This document shows positions 13,295 through 26,849 of a stretch of 64,000 nt of DNA, piece by piece. Position numbers and translations under genes: made by a program. The stretch spans positions 496,001 to 560,000 of the forward strand of contig JAWMAR010000666.1 in assembly GCA_036785375.1 (NCBI GenBank), in the 5' to 3' direction. Each line of letters begins with the position of its first letter. Position 1 is the first letter of the stretch. The stretch is from Leucoraja ocellata (Eukaryota). Below the pieces are notes generated by a model that was not told the origin of the DNA, searched no databases, and worked only from the letters and a program-made list of their open reading frames with translations.

Positions 13295-13615
13295 AGACAA
13301 TAGGTGCTGGAGCAGGCCATTCAGCCCTTCGAGCCAGCACCACCATTCAATGTGATCATGGCTGATCATCCCCAATCAGTACTCCGTTCCTGCCTTCTCC
13401 CCATATCCCCTGACTCCACTATCTTTAAAAGCCCTATCTAACTCTCTCTTGAAAGTATCCAGAGTACCGGCGTCCACTGCCTTCTGAGGCAGAGAATTCC
13501 ACAGACTCACAACTCTCTGTGTGAAAAAGTGTTTCCTCGTCTCCGTTCTAAATGGGTTACTCCTTATTCTTAAACTGTGGCCCCTGGTTCTGGACTCCCC
13601 CAACATCGGGAACAT
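13295..13615 (-). mobile_element. CR1 LINE 3' end
   Basis: MFPMLGESRTRGHSL...FTQRVVSLWNSLP. Confidence 0.8.
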
Positions 13616-13744
13616 CCCCCCCCCCCCCTCCCCCAATACCGTGACAGCACTCGGATAATCCTCAGTCGCGGGTTTATTTTAAATATAAGACTTTATTAAA
13701 CGTTAAGTTAAAAGTGAAAAGTCACAAACTGGAGCGGAGCCACA

Positions 13745-14520
13745 GGGGGGGGGGGGGGGGTATTTTTGCTGACACTCCTGAGGAGGGGGTGGAAGGGAGA
13801 GGGAGGGCTGTGTAGGGGAGTGTGGGACATGGGAGGAGGGGAGAGGGGGTGGGGATGGGTGAGGGAGGGGTGAGTGGAGGATGGGATGGGCCACTCCGCA
13901 GCCAAGCCTGGGTTCCCAGCGAGCGAGAGGGGGGTGAGGGTGGGTCGGGGATTGGAGTGGGGGAGGGGTGGAGGATAAAGGGGGGCTGTGGGGAGGGGAT
14001 AGGCGGGGGTGGGGGTTGGGCAGGGGAGGGGATAGTAGGGGAAGAGAGGATGTGGATGGGTGGGGGAGGGAGGGGGTGGGGGAGGAGTTTGGGGATGGGG
14101 GGGGGGTTAGAGTAATAGGGGGGTGGGGACATGGGGGGAGGGGGTGGGGGAGGAGTTTGGGGATGGGTGGGGGGGGGGGTTAGAGGAATAGGGGGTGGGG
14201 TCATGGGGGGAGGGGGGTAGGGGAGGGGTTTGGGGGATGGGTGTGGAGGGAGGGGGGGGTTAGAGGAATAGGGGGTGGGGACATGGGGGGAGGGGTAGGG
14301 GAGGGGTTTGGGGATGGGTGTGGGGGGGGGGTTAGAGGAATAGGGGTGTGGGGACATGGGGGAGGGGGTAGGGGAGGAGTTTGGGGATGGGTGTGGAGGG
14401 GGGGGTTAGAGGAATAGGGGTGTGGGGACATGGGGGAGGGGGTAGGGGAGAGTTTGGGGATGGGTGTGGAGGGGAGGGGGGGGTTAGAGGAATAGGGGGG
14501 TGAGGATATGCGGGGAGGGG
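13745..14520. repeat. G-rich imperfect tandem repeat in the presumed CAMSAP 3' UTR
   Basis: Recurring GGGGTTAGAGGAATAGGGGGTGGGGACATGGGGG units. Confidence 0.75.
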
Positions 14521-14599
14521 GTGGGACGCGCCACAGACAGGCCCCAGGCCCCAGCGGGTTTGACGTCCCCGCCAGTGACCGGGACCCCGGCCTCTCCGC

Positions 14600-15825
14600 T
14601 CACTTGGTGTCGGCGCTGGGCCCGGGACGTCTCTTGCCCGACCAGAGCTGCCCGTGGATGGTGAGCGCGTCCACGTTGGGCGACAGGATCTTGGAGGGGA
14701 TGAGGTGGAACTGCTTGTGGTCCGAGTTGTACTTGTACAGCCCCTCGATCATCTGCTGGCGGATCAGCTTGGGCCCGTTCCCCACAGCCTCTGGATGTCT
14801 CCCGTGTCGGTGCTCAGTGAATACAGAGCTCGGAACTGGCAGCGATGGTCACGGAACAGGATCAAGCACTGGGCATGTGTGCAGCGCACCAGCTCCTGTG
14901 GGGAGGAGAGGAGAGGAGAGGGGAGCGGTCACTGGGAGAGAGAGTTGGTCCAGTGGCCAGTAACCCCAACCCGGCCCGCCCAGCACCCAGTGCCCAGCAA
15001 CTGAACCATCCCCTCCAATCCCAATCCCCCTTAACTCCCTCCCCCCCCTCCATCACTCGCAACCCCAAGGGAAGAAATGGGCGGGGAGAGGGGGTTTGTA
15101 GGGAGTGAGCCGGGAGGGGGGAAGGAAGAGAGAGGGGTGGGGGCTGGTTGGCGGGAAAGGGAGGGGGAGATGGTGAGAGGGGAGGGGGGAGGTCAGGGTG
15201 GGGAGTGGGGAGAGTAGGGAGTGGGCCGGGCAGGGGGGAGGGAAAGAGAGAGAGGGGAGCGGGAGGGGGGAGAGGGGAGTGGGAAATGGGGGGAGGAGAG
15301 GGGGAGGGGGGAGTGGGAGGGGGATGGGGGAGNNNNNNNNNNNNNNNNNNNNNNNNNNNNNNNNNNNNNNNNNNNNNNNNNNNNNNNNNNNNNNNNNNNN
15401 NNNNNNNNNNNNNNNNNNNNNNNNNNNNNNNNNNNNNNNNNNNNNNNNNNNNNNNNNNNNNNNNNNNNNNNNNNNNNNNNNNNNNNNNNNNNNNNNNNNN
15501 NNNNNNNNNNNNNNNNNNNNNNNNNNNNNNNNNNNNNNNNNNNNNNNNNNNNNNNNNNNNNNNNNNNNNNNNNNNNNNNNNNNNNNNNNNNNNNNNNNNN
15601 NNNNNNNNNNNNNNNNNNNNNNNNNNNNNNNNNNNNNNNNNNNNNNNNNNNNNNNNNNNNNNNNNNNNNNNNNNNNNNNNNNNNNNNNNNNNNNNNNNNN
15701 NNNNNNNNNNNNGACCCGGTCCCGTTGGGCCTCGTTCACCTTCCCTGCCAGACAGCAGTAGGTGAGCGCGTTGTGCAGGATCAGCCGGTTGGACTTGGTG
15801 CTCGGCTCCTTGAACAGCTTTAGGC
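14600..15825 (-). pseudogene. CAMSAP: CAMSAP-family 3' fragment (CKK domain, last two exons: 15825-15713 running into a gap, and 14895-14600)
   Basis: Exon A: GLKLFKEPSTKSNRLILHNALTYCCLAGKVNEAQRDRV. Exon B: ELVRCTHAQCLILFRDHRCQFRALYSL...GNGPKLIRQQMIEGLYKYNSDHKQFHLIPSKILSPNVDALTIHGQLW...stop. Both match the CKK domain; CAG acceptors at 15826-15828 and 14896-14898; 1-nt frameshift in a G run near 14781; no upstream exons seen; paralog unassigned. Confidence 0.85.
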
Positions 15826-16341
15826 CTGGGCGGGGGGGGGGGGGGGGGGCAAGGGGTCAAACAACAGCCGAACCCCCACCCCCACCTCCGACCCTTCCAC
15901 TCAACACGCCCCCCCTCTAATCCCCGCACGCCCCCGTATGTATATGTATATTACGAGTAAAGTATTTTGCTGTACCCCTTCCCTGTCTCTTTCTACGGAG
16001 GGAGCAGAGGGAAGCATGAGAATGAAGAAGTGTCCAGACCCTAGACGTGTTCTGTCATTTCCTTTACACATGTGTTGCCTGACCCACGGACTTCCTCCAG
16101 CAGTTTGTTTTTATTTCTCACCGTTCACCCGCTTCCCGTCCACTTCCACCCCAATTAGGAAACTCCGTGAAACATGTTTTAGTCCATGGGATGTTGGTGG
16201 GTGGGAAAACGCCGGGATATCGTCCAGTTATCCGCCCGCCTGTGCCTGAGGCCGAGCGGCCTCTCCCCCGGTCCCGGGCCGCGCTGCCCGAGTCTCCCCC
16301 CGACCCCCGGGGACTCTCTGATTCTCTGCTTCTCCCCCCAG

Positions 16342-16874
16342 TCTCCGTCACCCTGGATGTGGAAACAGCACATCCGCGGCTCGAGGTGTCTGAGGATCGG
16401 AAGAGGGTGAGATGGACCCGGACCGAGAGGAGTCTCCCTGACACCGGGAAGAGGTTTACAGACTGGCTGTGTGTGCTGGGATCGGAGGGATTCACATCGG
16501 GGAGACATTACTGGGAGGTGGAGGTGGCGGGGAGTCAGCGCTGGTGGCTGGGAGTCGCCGCAGAGTCTGTGGACAGGAAGAGACGGGTCCCACTGAGCCC
16601 TGAGACTGGAGTCTGGAGCATCGAGCAGTGGGGTGACGGGTTTGTTGCATTCACCTCCCCTCGATCCCCTCTCCCCGCCCGTCCCATCCCCGGGACGGTG
16701 GGAGTTTATCTCAGTTACGAGTCCGGGACAGTTTCATTTTACGACGTGGACACCAAGTCCCATCTCCACACGTTCACTGGGAATAAATTCACAGAGAAAC
16801 TTTATCCTTTCTATGGGCCTTGGCATAAAGACCAGTGGCTGAGAATCTGCTCCGGTTCCTCTCCGGGTATGTAA
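16342..16874 (+). CDS. B30.2 (PRY-SPRY) terminal exon, copy 2
   Basis: Same acceptor and 533-nt open exon as copy 1; AATAAA at 17021-17026; no preceding microexon visible. Confidence 0.8.
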
Positions 16875-19079
16875 AAGGGTCGGGTCCCGGGACCGGCATC
16901 AGGAGCGGGGCTCAGGGGCTGTGGGGCAGAAACCCGGTGGACAACAGGTCGGCGCTGAACGAACGGCTCCCATTTAATTCCCAAATTCCGCGTCGTGAAA
17001 CAAACCCCAGTGAGCGCGGAAATAAAACCAGGGGGAATGTAAATGTGGCCTTGCCGAGGCAGCATGAAGTGTAGATGTGTACAAAATCATGAGAGGAACA
17101 GATGGGGTAGATGCACAGAGTCTCTTGCCCAGAGTAGGGGAATCGAGGACCAGAGGACATAGGTTCAAGGTGAAGGAGATAAGATATCTGAGGGGTAACT
17201 TTTTCACACAGAGGGTGGTGGGTGTATGGAACAAGCTGCCAGAGGAGGTAGTTGAGGCTGGGACTATCCAATTGTTTATGCAACAGTTAGACAGGTACAT
17301 GGATAGGACAGATTTGGAGGGATATGGACCAAGCGCAGGCAAGTGGGACTAGTGTAGATGGGACATGTTGGCCGGTGTGGGCAAGTTGGGCCGAAGGGCC
17401 TGTTTCCATACTGTATCACTCTATGACTAAGAGTCAATGGAAGGGAAGGTTGGTTTGCGCGATGGTCTGGGCTGTGTGCAGTTCTCAACTGTCACTCATC
17501 CCTCCTCTCCATAGATGCTGCCTGTCCCGCTGAGTTACTCCAGCATTCTGTGTCCTTCTTCAATGTAAACCTGCATCTGCAGTTCCTTCCTACAGATAAA
17601 ATGCTTTCTGCGGCGCATAGAGTACTAGTGTGATACAGTGTGGAAACATGCCCTTCGGCCCAACTTGCCCACACTAGCCAACATGCCCCATCTACACTAG
17701 TCACAGAGTGATACAGTGTGGAAACATGCCCTTCGGCCCAACTTGCCCACACTAGCAAACATGTCCCATCTACACTAGTCACAGAGTAATACAGTGTGGA
17801 AACAGGCCCTTCGGCCCTACTTGCCCACACCAGCCAACATGTCCCATCTACACTAGTCTCAACAAAGCTCTTGTGGCGACCCCTGGTGGTGAGCCACGCA
17901 CTGTACATAACCTTCGGCTGTGGATAGACAATAGACAACAGGTGTAGGTCCAGGCCATTCGGCCCTTCATGTCCTGGTGACCAGAGGTGGTGGTCACGGG
18001 TGCCCCTGGGGTTATTTAAGGTGGTAATCACGCGCGCACACGGGTTGGTGGGTTGTTATATATTTTTATTTTTTATTACACAAATATGTTTATTCAAAAA
18101 CTACAAATAAAGATACAGTATTAACACAATCAAAGGCTGCCTATGTTGACAGTTCATCAAATTAATATGATGCCAACTTGATCAACAAACACTCGACCTC
18201 CCGCGGCGACCAGCATTCACGGACGGTCTCCAGAGTCCCCGTGGACACCTCATGTGTGTTCCCTCTCCACACACTGATGGTAACAACAGTGAGGTGAAAC
18301 TGCATCCTCCACTCTGCAACTGTGCTCTCTGCCAGCTTCCATCCGTTGCTGTATCCTCAGCCACTGGTCCCCCTCCGAGACACACACACACGCACACGCG
18401 CACGCGCACACGCACACGCGCACACACACACACACACATATAGTCAAGTCAAGAGAGTTTATTGTCATGTCTCCCAGATAGGACAATGAAATTCATGCTT
18501 GCTGTAGCACAACAGAATATAGTAAGCATAAATACAGAACAGTTCAGTGTGTCTATATAGCATAGACCATATATACACACATAAATAAACAGATAAAGGT
18601 TGACGGTTGGCAGTTGGTGTTNNNNNNNNNNNNNNNNNNNNNNNNNNNNNNNNNNNNNNNNNNNNNNNNNNNNNNNNNNNNNNNNNNNNNNNNNNNNNNN
18701 NNNNNNNNNNNNNNNNNNNNNNNNNNNNNNNNNNNNNNNNNNNNNNNNNNNNNNNNNNNNNNNNNNNNNNNNNNNNNNNNNNNNNNNNNNNNNNNNNNNN
18801 NNNNNNNNNNNNNNNNNNNNNNNNNNNNNNNNNNNNNNNNNNNNNNNNNNNNNNNNNNNNNNNNNNNNNNNNNNNNNNNNNNNNNNNNNNNNNNNNNNNN
18901 NNNNNNNNNNNNNNNNNNNNNNNNNNNNNNNNNNNNNNNNNNNNNNNNNNNNNNNNNNNNNNNNNNNNNNNNNNNNNNNNNNNNNNNNNNNNNNNNNNNN
19001 NNNNNNNNNNNNNNNNNNNNNNNNNNNNNNNNNNNNNNNNNNNNNNTATCATTACAAATATATATTAATTGATTTGGCG

Positions 19080-19455
19080 AACTGTACACTGCAAGGGCCA
19101 GGAAACGAGCGGGTAAGATTATCTCTGACCCCTCTCACTCTGGCACAAACTCTTTGAATCATCTCCCTCTGGAAGGCGACTGCGGACTGTCAAAGCTGCC
19201 ACAGCCAGATATAAAAAGTGTTTTTCCACGAGTAGTTGATCTACTCAATAACCAAAAATCTGTAGCCTCCTTTTGCTCCGGTATTTTATTTAATTCACAT
19301 GTTTAATCAATAATGTTTAATTATTAATGTTTAATGTTTTATGTGTCATTGGTAACTATCAATGTATGTCATGTTGTCACTTGTGGGCGGAGCACCAAGG
19401 CAAATTCCTTGTATGTGAATACTTGCCCAATAAACTTATTCATTCATTCATTCAT
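19080..19455 (+). mobile_element. Rex1-type LINE 3' end
   Basis: SDPSHSG...LFESSPSGRRLRTVK remnant; AATAAA and (ATTC)n tail. Confidence 0.6.
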
Positions 19456-20389
19456 AACATGGGCCACGGAACCGGGTGCTGCAGCCTCCCACTCTTTTGG
19501 CTAGACATGTTTCAATGTCTCTCTTTGGACGAGACGCTGCTGTGCTCTGATCAACCTGGTCGTGGGTGTTGGAGAGCCGGGGGGGGGGGGGGGGGGTGGG
19601 GGGAGGGATGGATGGAAGCAGAAGCAGCGGAGGGGGGCAGATGCGGACGGGGAGCCGGGGCTGGCGAGTGTTTGCCGGGCTGGCGAGTTGCTCGCTGCAG
19701 CTCCGGCCATGGAGCAGTCTCAGTGCAAGAGTCCCGGGCCGTCTGAGGCATTGTGCCGCTGCCGTGAGAGTCTCTGCGCCCAATTAACCCTGGTGATCGG
19801 CATGGACCAGGCTGCAGCTCTATCTACCACTGCTTCTACCCAGTGTTTGGTACCTACTTCCAGCAGCCACTGGTTGTCCTCCAGGATGCACTGAGCCACA
19901 GCCTGGTCCATGCCAGTCACCAGGGTGAATTCATATCATAGTGGCCTTCAAATGGGGGTGGTTGGAAAAAGCATTCTGCTTGCCTGCTAGATTTTCATTT
20001 ACTGTAACTGCAGGAAAAAATGTTCCCGATGTCGGAGGAGGCCAGAAACAGGCATCACAGTTTACGAATAAGAATCTGTCGAATTATCTGGCACAGAAGG
20101 CAGTGGATGATATTCACTGGATGTTTTCAAGAGTGGTGGATGTATAATGTAGTCATGGAGTGATACAGTGTGAAAACAGGCCCTTCGGCCCAACTTGTCT
20201 ACACTCGCCAACATGTCCCAGCTACATTTACCTGCTTTTGGTCCATATCCCTGCAAACCTGTCCTATCCATGTATCAGTCTAACTGTTTCTTAAATGTTG
20301 GGATAGTCCCTGCCTGAACTACCTCCTCTGGCAGTTTGTTCCATACACCCACCACCCTTTGTGTGGAAAAAGTTACCCCTCAGATTAAT

Positions 20390-23300
20390 AAGTAGCTTGA
20401 AAAATGGTGCAAGGGGAGGGATTCAAATTTCTAGGGCATTGGAACCAGTTCTGGGGGAGGTGGGACCAGTACAAACAGGACAGTCTGCACCTGGGCTGGA
20501 ATGGAACCAATGTCCTTGGGGGAGTGTTTGCTAGTGCTGTCCGGGAGGATTTAAACTAATGTGGCGGGGGGATGGGAGCATGAGCAGAGAAACAGAGGGG
20601 TGTAAAATGAGGGTTGAAGCAATAGGTAGCAGTGAAAAGTAAAAGTGGCGGGCAGACAAATCCAGGGCAAAAATCAAAAAGGGCCACGTTTCAAATTAAT
20701 TGAATAAGGGGTAAGAGTTGTAAAAACAAGCCTGAAGGCTTTGTGTCTCAATGCAAGGAGCATTCGTAATAAGGTGGATGACTTGAATGTGCAGTTAGCT
20801 ATTAATGACTATGATACAGTTGGGATCACGGAGACATGGCTCCAGGGTGACCAAGGCTGGGAACTGAACATCCAGGGATATTCAATATTCAGGAGGGATA
20901 AACAGAAAGAAAAAGGAGGTGGGGTAGCGTTGCTGTTTAGAGAGGAGATTAACGCAATAGAAAGGAAGGACATTAGCTTTGAGGATGTGGAATCGATATG
21001 GGTAGAGCTGAGAAACACTAAGGGGCAGAAAACGCTAGTGTGAGTTGAGTACAGGCCACCTAACAGTAGTAGTGGAGTTGGGGATGGCATCAAACAGGAA
21101 ATTAGAAATGCGTGCAACAAAGGTAAAACAGTTATAATGGGTGACTTCAATCTACATATAGATTGGGTGAACCAAATTGGCAGGGGTGCTGAGGAAGAGA
21201 ATTTCTTGGAATATATGCGGGATAGTTTTCAAAACCAACTTGTAGAGGAACCAACAAGAGAGCAGGCTATTCTAGACTGGGTATTGAGTAATGAGGAAGG
21301 GTTAGTTAGCAGTCTTGTGGTGTGTGCCCCCTTGGGCAAGAGTGACCATAATATGGTTGAGTTCTTCATTAGGATGGAGAGTGAATGGCAATTGATTCTT
21401 GAAGGGTTGACGGTGGGCATGCAATGGAAGGCATTTAAAGAGCACATGAATGAACTACAACAATTGTTCATCCCAGTTTGGCCAATGAATAAATCAGGGA
21501 AGGTAATGCATCCGTGGATAACAGAGGAAATTAGGGATAGAATCAAAACAAAAGATGAAGCATACAAACTAGCCAGAAAAAGCAGCCGACCAGAAGACTG
21601 GGAGAAATTCAGAGTCCAGCAGAGGAGGGCAAAGGGCTTAATTAGGAAAGGGCAGATAGATTATGAAAGAAAACTGGCAGGGAACATAAAAACTGACTGC
21701 AAAAGCTTTTATAGATATGCGAAGAGAAAAAGATTAGTTAAAACAAATGTAGGTCCCTTGCAGTCAGAAACAGGTGAATTGATTATGGGGAACAAGGACA
21801 TGACAGGCCAATTGAAAACTACTTTGGTTCTGTATTCACTAAGGAAGACATAAATAATCTGCCGGAAATAGCAGGGGACCGGGGGCCAAATAAGATGGAG
21901 GAACTGAGTGAAATCCAGGTTAGTCGGGAAGTGGTGTTAGGTAAATTGAATGGATTAAAGGCCGATAAATCCCCAGGGCCAGATAGGCTGCATCCCAGAG
22001 TGCTTAAGGAAGTAGCCCCAGAAATAGTGGATGCGTTAGTGATAATTTTTCAAAACTCTTTAGATGATGGAGTAGTTCCTGAGGATTGGAGGGTAGCTAA
22101 TGTAACCCTACTTTTTAAATAGGGAGGGAGAGAGAAAATGGGGAATTACAGACCGGTTAGTCTAACATCGGTAGTGGGGAAACTGCTAGTCAGTTAATAA
22201 AGATGGGATAGCAGCACATTTGGAAAGTGGTGGAATCATTGGACAAAGTCAGCATGGATTTATGAAAGGTAAATTATGTCTGACGATTTTTTGAGGATGT
22301 AACTAGTAGAGTGGATAAGGGAGAACCAGTGGATGTGTTATATCTGGACTTTCAGAAGGCTTTTGACAAGGTCCCACGTAAGAGATTAGTATGCAAACTT
22401 AAAGCACACGGCATTGGGGGTTCAGTATTGATGTGGACAGAGAATTGGCTAGCAGACAGGAAGCAAAGAGTAGGAGTAAACGGGTCCTTTTCAGAATGGC
22501 AGGCAGTGACTAGTGGGGTACCACAAGGCTCAGTGCTAGGACTCCAGCTATTTACGATATATATATTAATGATTTGGACGAGGGAATTGAATGCAACATC
22601 TCCAAGTTTGCGGATGACATGAAGCTGGGGAGCAGTGTTAGCTGTGAGCATGATGCTAGGTGACTGCAAGGTGACTTGGATAGGCTGGGTGAGTGGGCAA
22701 ATGTTTGGCAGATGCAGTATAATGTGGATAAATGTGAGGTTATCCATTTTGGTGGCAAAAACAGGAAAGCTGACTATTATCTGAATGGTGGCTGATTAGG
22801 AAAAAGGGAGATGCAACGAGACTTGGGTGTCATGGTACATCAGTCATTGAAAGTAGACTTTCCTGAAGTAAAAAGTCCAGCATCTGCAGTTCCTTCTTGA
22901 ACACATCGAAAGTAGGCATGCAGGTGCAGCAGGCAGTGAAGAAAGCAAATGGCATGTTAGCATTCATAGCAAAAGGATTTGAGTATAGGAGTAGGGAGGT
23001 TCTACTGCAGTTGTACAGGGCCTTGGTGAGACCACACCTGGAGTATTGTGTACAGTTTTGGTCTCCTAATCAAAGGAAAAACATTCTTGCCATAGAGGGA
23101 GCACAGAGAACGTTCACCAGACTGATTCCTCGGATGGCAGGACTTTCATATGAAGAAAGACTGGATAGACTCAGCTTGTACTCGCTAGAATTTTGAAGAT
23201 TGAGGGGGTATCTTATAGAAACTTACAAAATTCTTAAGGGGTTGGACAAGCTAGATGCAAGAAGATTGTTCCCGATGTTGGGGAAGTCCAGAACAAGAGG

Positions 23301-23605
23301 TCACAGTTTAGCATAAGGGGGAAGTTTTTTAGGACCGAGATGAGAAAAAAGATTTTCACACAGAGAGTGGTGAATCTGTGGAATTCTCTGCCACAGAAAG
23401 TAGTTGAGGCCAGTTCATTGGCTATATTTAAGAAGGAGTTAGATGTGGCCCTTGTGGCTGGAGGGATCAGGGGGTATAGAGAGAAGGCAGGTACAGGATA
23501 CTGAGTTGAATGATCAGCCATGATCATATTGAATGACGGTGCAGGCTCGAAGGGCCGAATGGCCTCTACTCCTGAACCTATTTTCTATGTTCCTATGATT
23601 CCTAT
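20390..23605 (+). mobile_element. Degenerate CR1 LINE: end of ORF1 plus ORF2 (AP endonuclease and RT)
   Basis: FWGRWDQYKQDSLHL (ORF1); CLNARSIRNK, GITETWL, MGDFN, LGKSDH (endonuclease); RT motifs; many frameshifts; 3' tail at about 23600. Confidence 0.92.
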
Positions 23606-26600
23606 GAAATCTTTTCCCCTTCACCTTAAAACTGTCCTCTGTTCCTCGATTCACCTACTTGGGGCATTAAAATGGATATATCTAATGCATTTTAGATTTC
23701 TCGAAAGTGTTACTTTAAAAAAATTAATGTTTCCACAAACATATACCCCTTTATTAATGTCATGGTTTGATGATTCTCAATTCAAATCAAAATGAAATAT
23801 ACGTCAAAATGAGAATGCATACTTTCAAAATACTCAGATTCCCCCCCCCCCCCCCCCCCGTATAACTTTGCAAAGTCAGGAAATGTTATGATTATTTCTT
23901 CTCCCTTTTTACAACCACAAACAAAAAAAAATAATAACACAATTAAAAGTCAAATTGTCTGTACCGTGGAAGGCACTGGCGTCGATCTGGGGGGGGGGGA
24001 GATGGGGAATATATCCCCCCCACTTTTTGAGGTGGGGAATGGCCTGTATTATTATTCCCCAGTTTTTGGAGGTCGAGCAATAACAAAAATAATAATCACC
24101 TGCTCCTATCTCTCATGAGGTCTCTGCATTATCTTAAAAATACTTCAAACAAAAACCATTGAAATCATACTTTACAATGCACTAAAACATGATTTTAATA
24201 CATCAAATTTCATAAAGTCCCAACCGTGGGATGGGGGGCTCCCCCGTCCTACAACCTCCCCTCAATGCTTCAAAATCAAGTGGTCGAGTTTTATTGCCAT
24301 ATATACTCAAGAATAGAAATATAGAAAATAGGTGCAGGAATAGGCCTTACGCCCTATCGAGCCAGCACTGCCATTCAATATGATCATGGCTATTCATCTA
24401 AAATCAGTACCCCTTTCCTGTTTTTCCCCATATATCCCCTGATTTTGCTAGCTGCAACAGCTAAATGTAACTCTCTCTGGAAAACATCTAGTGAATTGGC
24501 CTCCACTGCCTTCTGTGGCAGAGAATTCCACAGATTCACAACTCTCTGGGTGAAGAAAGTTTGTCCTCATCTCTGAACTCCCCCAACATCGGGAACACTT
24601 TTCCTGCAGTTACAGTGTGAAAATCCTGCAGACAAGCAGGATGCCTTCTCCATCCATCCCCATTTGAAGGCCACTATATTCCACCGCTTCTATCCAGTGT
24701 TTGGTACCTACTTCCAGCAGCCACTGGTTGTCCTCCAGGATGAACCGAGCCGCAGCCTGGTCTATGCCGGTCACCAGGGTGAATTGGGCGCAGAGACTCT
24801 CACGGCAGCGGCACAATGCCTCAGACGGCCCGGGACTCTTGCACTGAGACTGCTCCATGGCCGGAGCTGCAGCGAGCGACTCGCCAGCCCGGCAAACACT
24901 CGCCAGCCCCGGCTCCCCGTCCGCATCTGCCCCCCTCCGCTGCTTCTGCTTCCATCCATCCATCCCTCCCTCATCCTCGGCTCTCCAACACCCACGACCA
25001 GGTTGTTCAGAGCACAGCAGCTGCAGCCCCCGGTTCCGCGGCCCGTGTCCATTTCTCTGGACTCCATCTGCCGTGATTCTCAGTCTGAAAAAGGATCTCG
25101 ACCCGAAACGTCACTCTGTAGCGGGACCTATTGGCTAAACTGTGTATTAGAGAAATTAGTGTCTGAAGAAGGGTTTCGGCCCGAAACGTTGCCTTTTTCC
25201 TTCGCTCCATAGATGCTGCTGCACCCGCTGAGTTTCTCCAGCACTTTTGTGTAACCTGTGTATTAGAAAACCGTCGTCAGAGGCCGGGTCTGTCACGTGA
25301 CAGGGTTGGCGCGCGGGCTTTTGGCAGTTGGTGATTGACGGTTGGCCGTTGGCGGTTGGTGTTTGAAGGTTGACAGTTGACGGTTGGCGGTTGGTGATTG
25401 ACGGTTGACAGTTGGCGGTTTGCAAATCCAGGCCCAGTTTCAGGTCGGACACAGTTACATTGCCGCCGGTTTAACCAGGTATTTCTACATGGATCAAGGA
25501 ACCTCTCCTTACCTCTAACAAGCGCCGGCCGAAGACAAGTACGAGGGCCTCCAGGATCCTGCACATGGACGGCCTCGGTGTGAACTGATGAACGAAATGT
25601 TGTCGCTGATGGACGGTGACCGGCCTCGTCTTGTCTTTGACCAGGCGTTCGGCAGCGACCCCCTTCACCGGCCCCCCTGCAAGTCGCCGAGGGAGAGGAC
25701 GAGCTGTGACAAGACAAGCAGCAACATAGCGACGCTTCCATCAGCCGGGTATCTGCGGCTCCACCATTCATTCCACCGACAACACAACGATGCAACCGGC
25801 AGCAGCGGATACCGGTAAGTGTCTGACAGTCTTGGTCCTCATTCCTACCAAAGATTAGGAATGTTCACCCTGAGGGAGTTTCCGCAACCGCTGGGCACCG
25901 AGTGGGGGTTGAATGTATCCTGGACAAGGATTGTAATATACTTGTTTAGTAGCTGCTTAGCATATTTGTTTGTCTTGTATTATGGTGGTGTTTTGTTTTA
26001 CTGTATTGGAAATACTATTTTCATATTTGAATAAATATTTTTGATTAAAAAAATATTTAAAAAATTAGGAATGTTACAACATTTTAAGATTTAAAAAAAC
26101 CAAGCCTGTCATTTATTCCATCATATAAAGTTGAAAAAGGTCTTTAATTTGACACCTAATTCACTTTCATATTTTAAGTATTAAAACAGTTATGGCCATT
26201 TGCATACTGGGAAATTAGCATCTTGTCCCCTATTGCTTTTCCATTCACTTAACACAAAAGCTGTGATCGAGGACAGTCAAAAGCCCATAACTTTATTAAA
26301 AATGAACAGAACTGTGAAATGTTCAGTTATTATAGATTGAAGCATTCTGGAAACAAGCATCCTTACTTGGATGGCCTGAAATTAAAGTATATAATTAGTT
26401 AATTACCTAATTAAGTAGCATGATTTGGGAGGGGCTGCTTGTTTTGTGCGGTTTTTCACTTGCGCGCGTTAGTTCAGCGCTGACCACCGTTGTGGGCAGA
26501 TGTGTCTGGAGAACCTGTATACTGGATATCGAACTTTTGTATAAAGATCTTTTGAAAACTTCAGTAGTCGTTTCTCAGGCCACTAAAAGCTAATTACAAA

Positions 26601-26849
26601 ATTACCCGTTGTGATGGAAATAGTAATAAACGCCCAGACTGTCTTGAAAATTGAAAAATGTAATATTCTCAAGATCAGAACTTTAATATTATTGTAACAT
26701 TAACACGAATAGTAAATACCCAACAAAAAATTCATATTCATCAGTCCTCAAATCAATTAAATTCATCTAAATTAAATTACTAGATCTAAACATCTATCCC
26801 ATTCTTAAGAAAAGGCTACAAATAATTGTCGGAGGATTATTTGTTGTAT

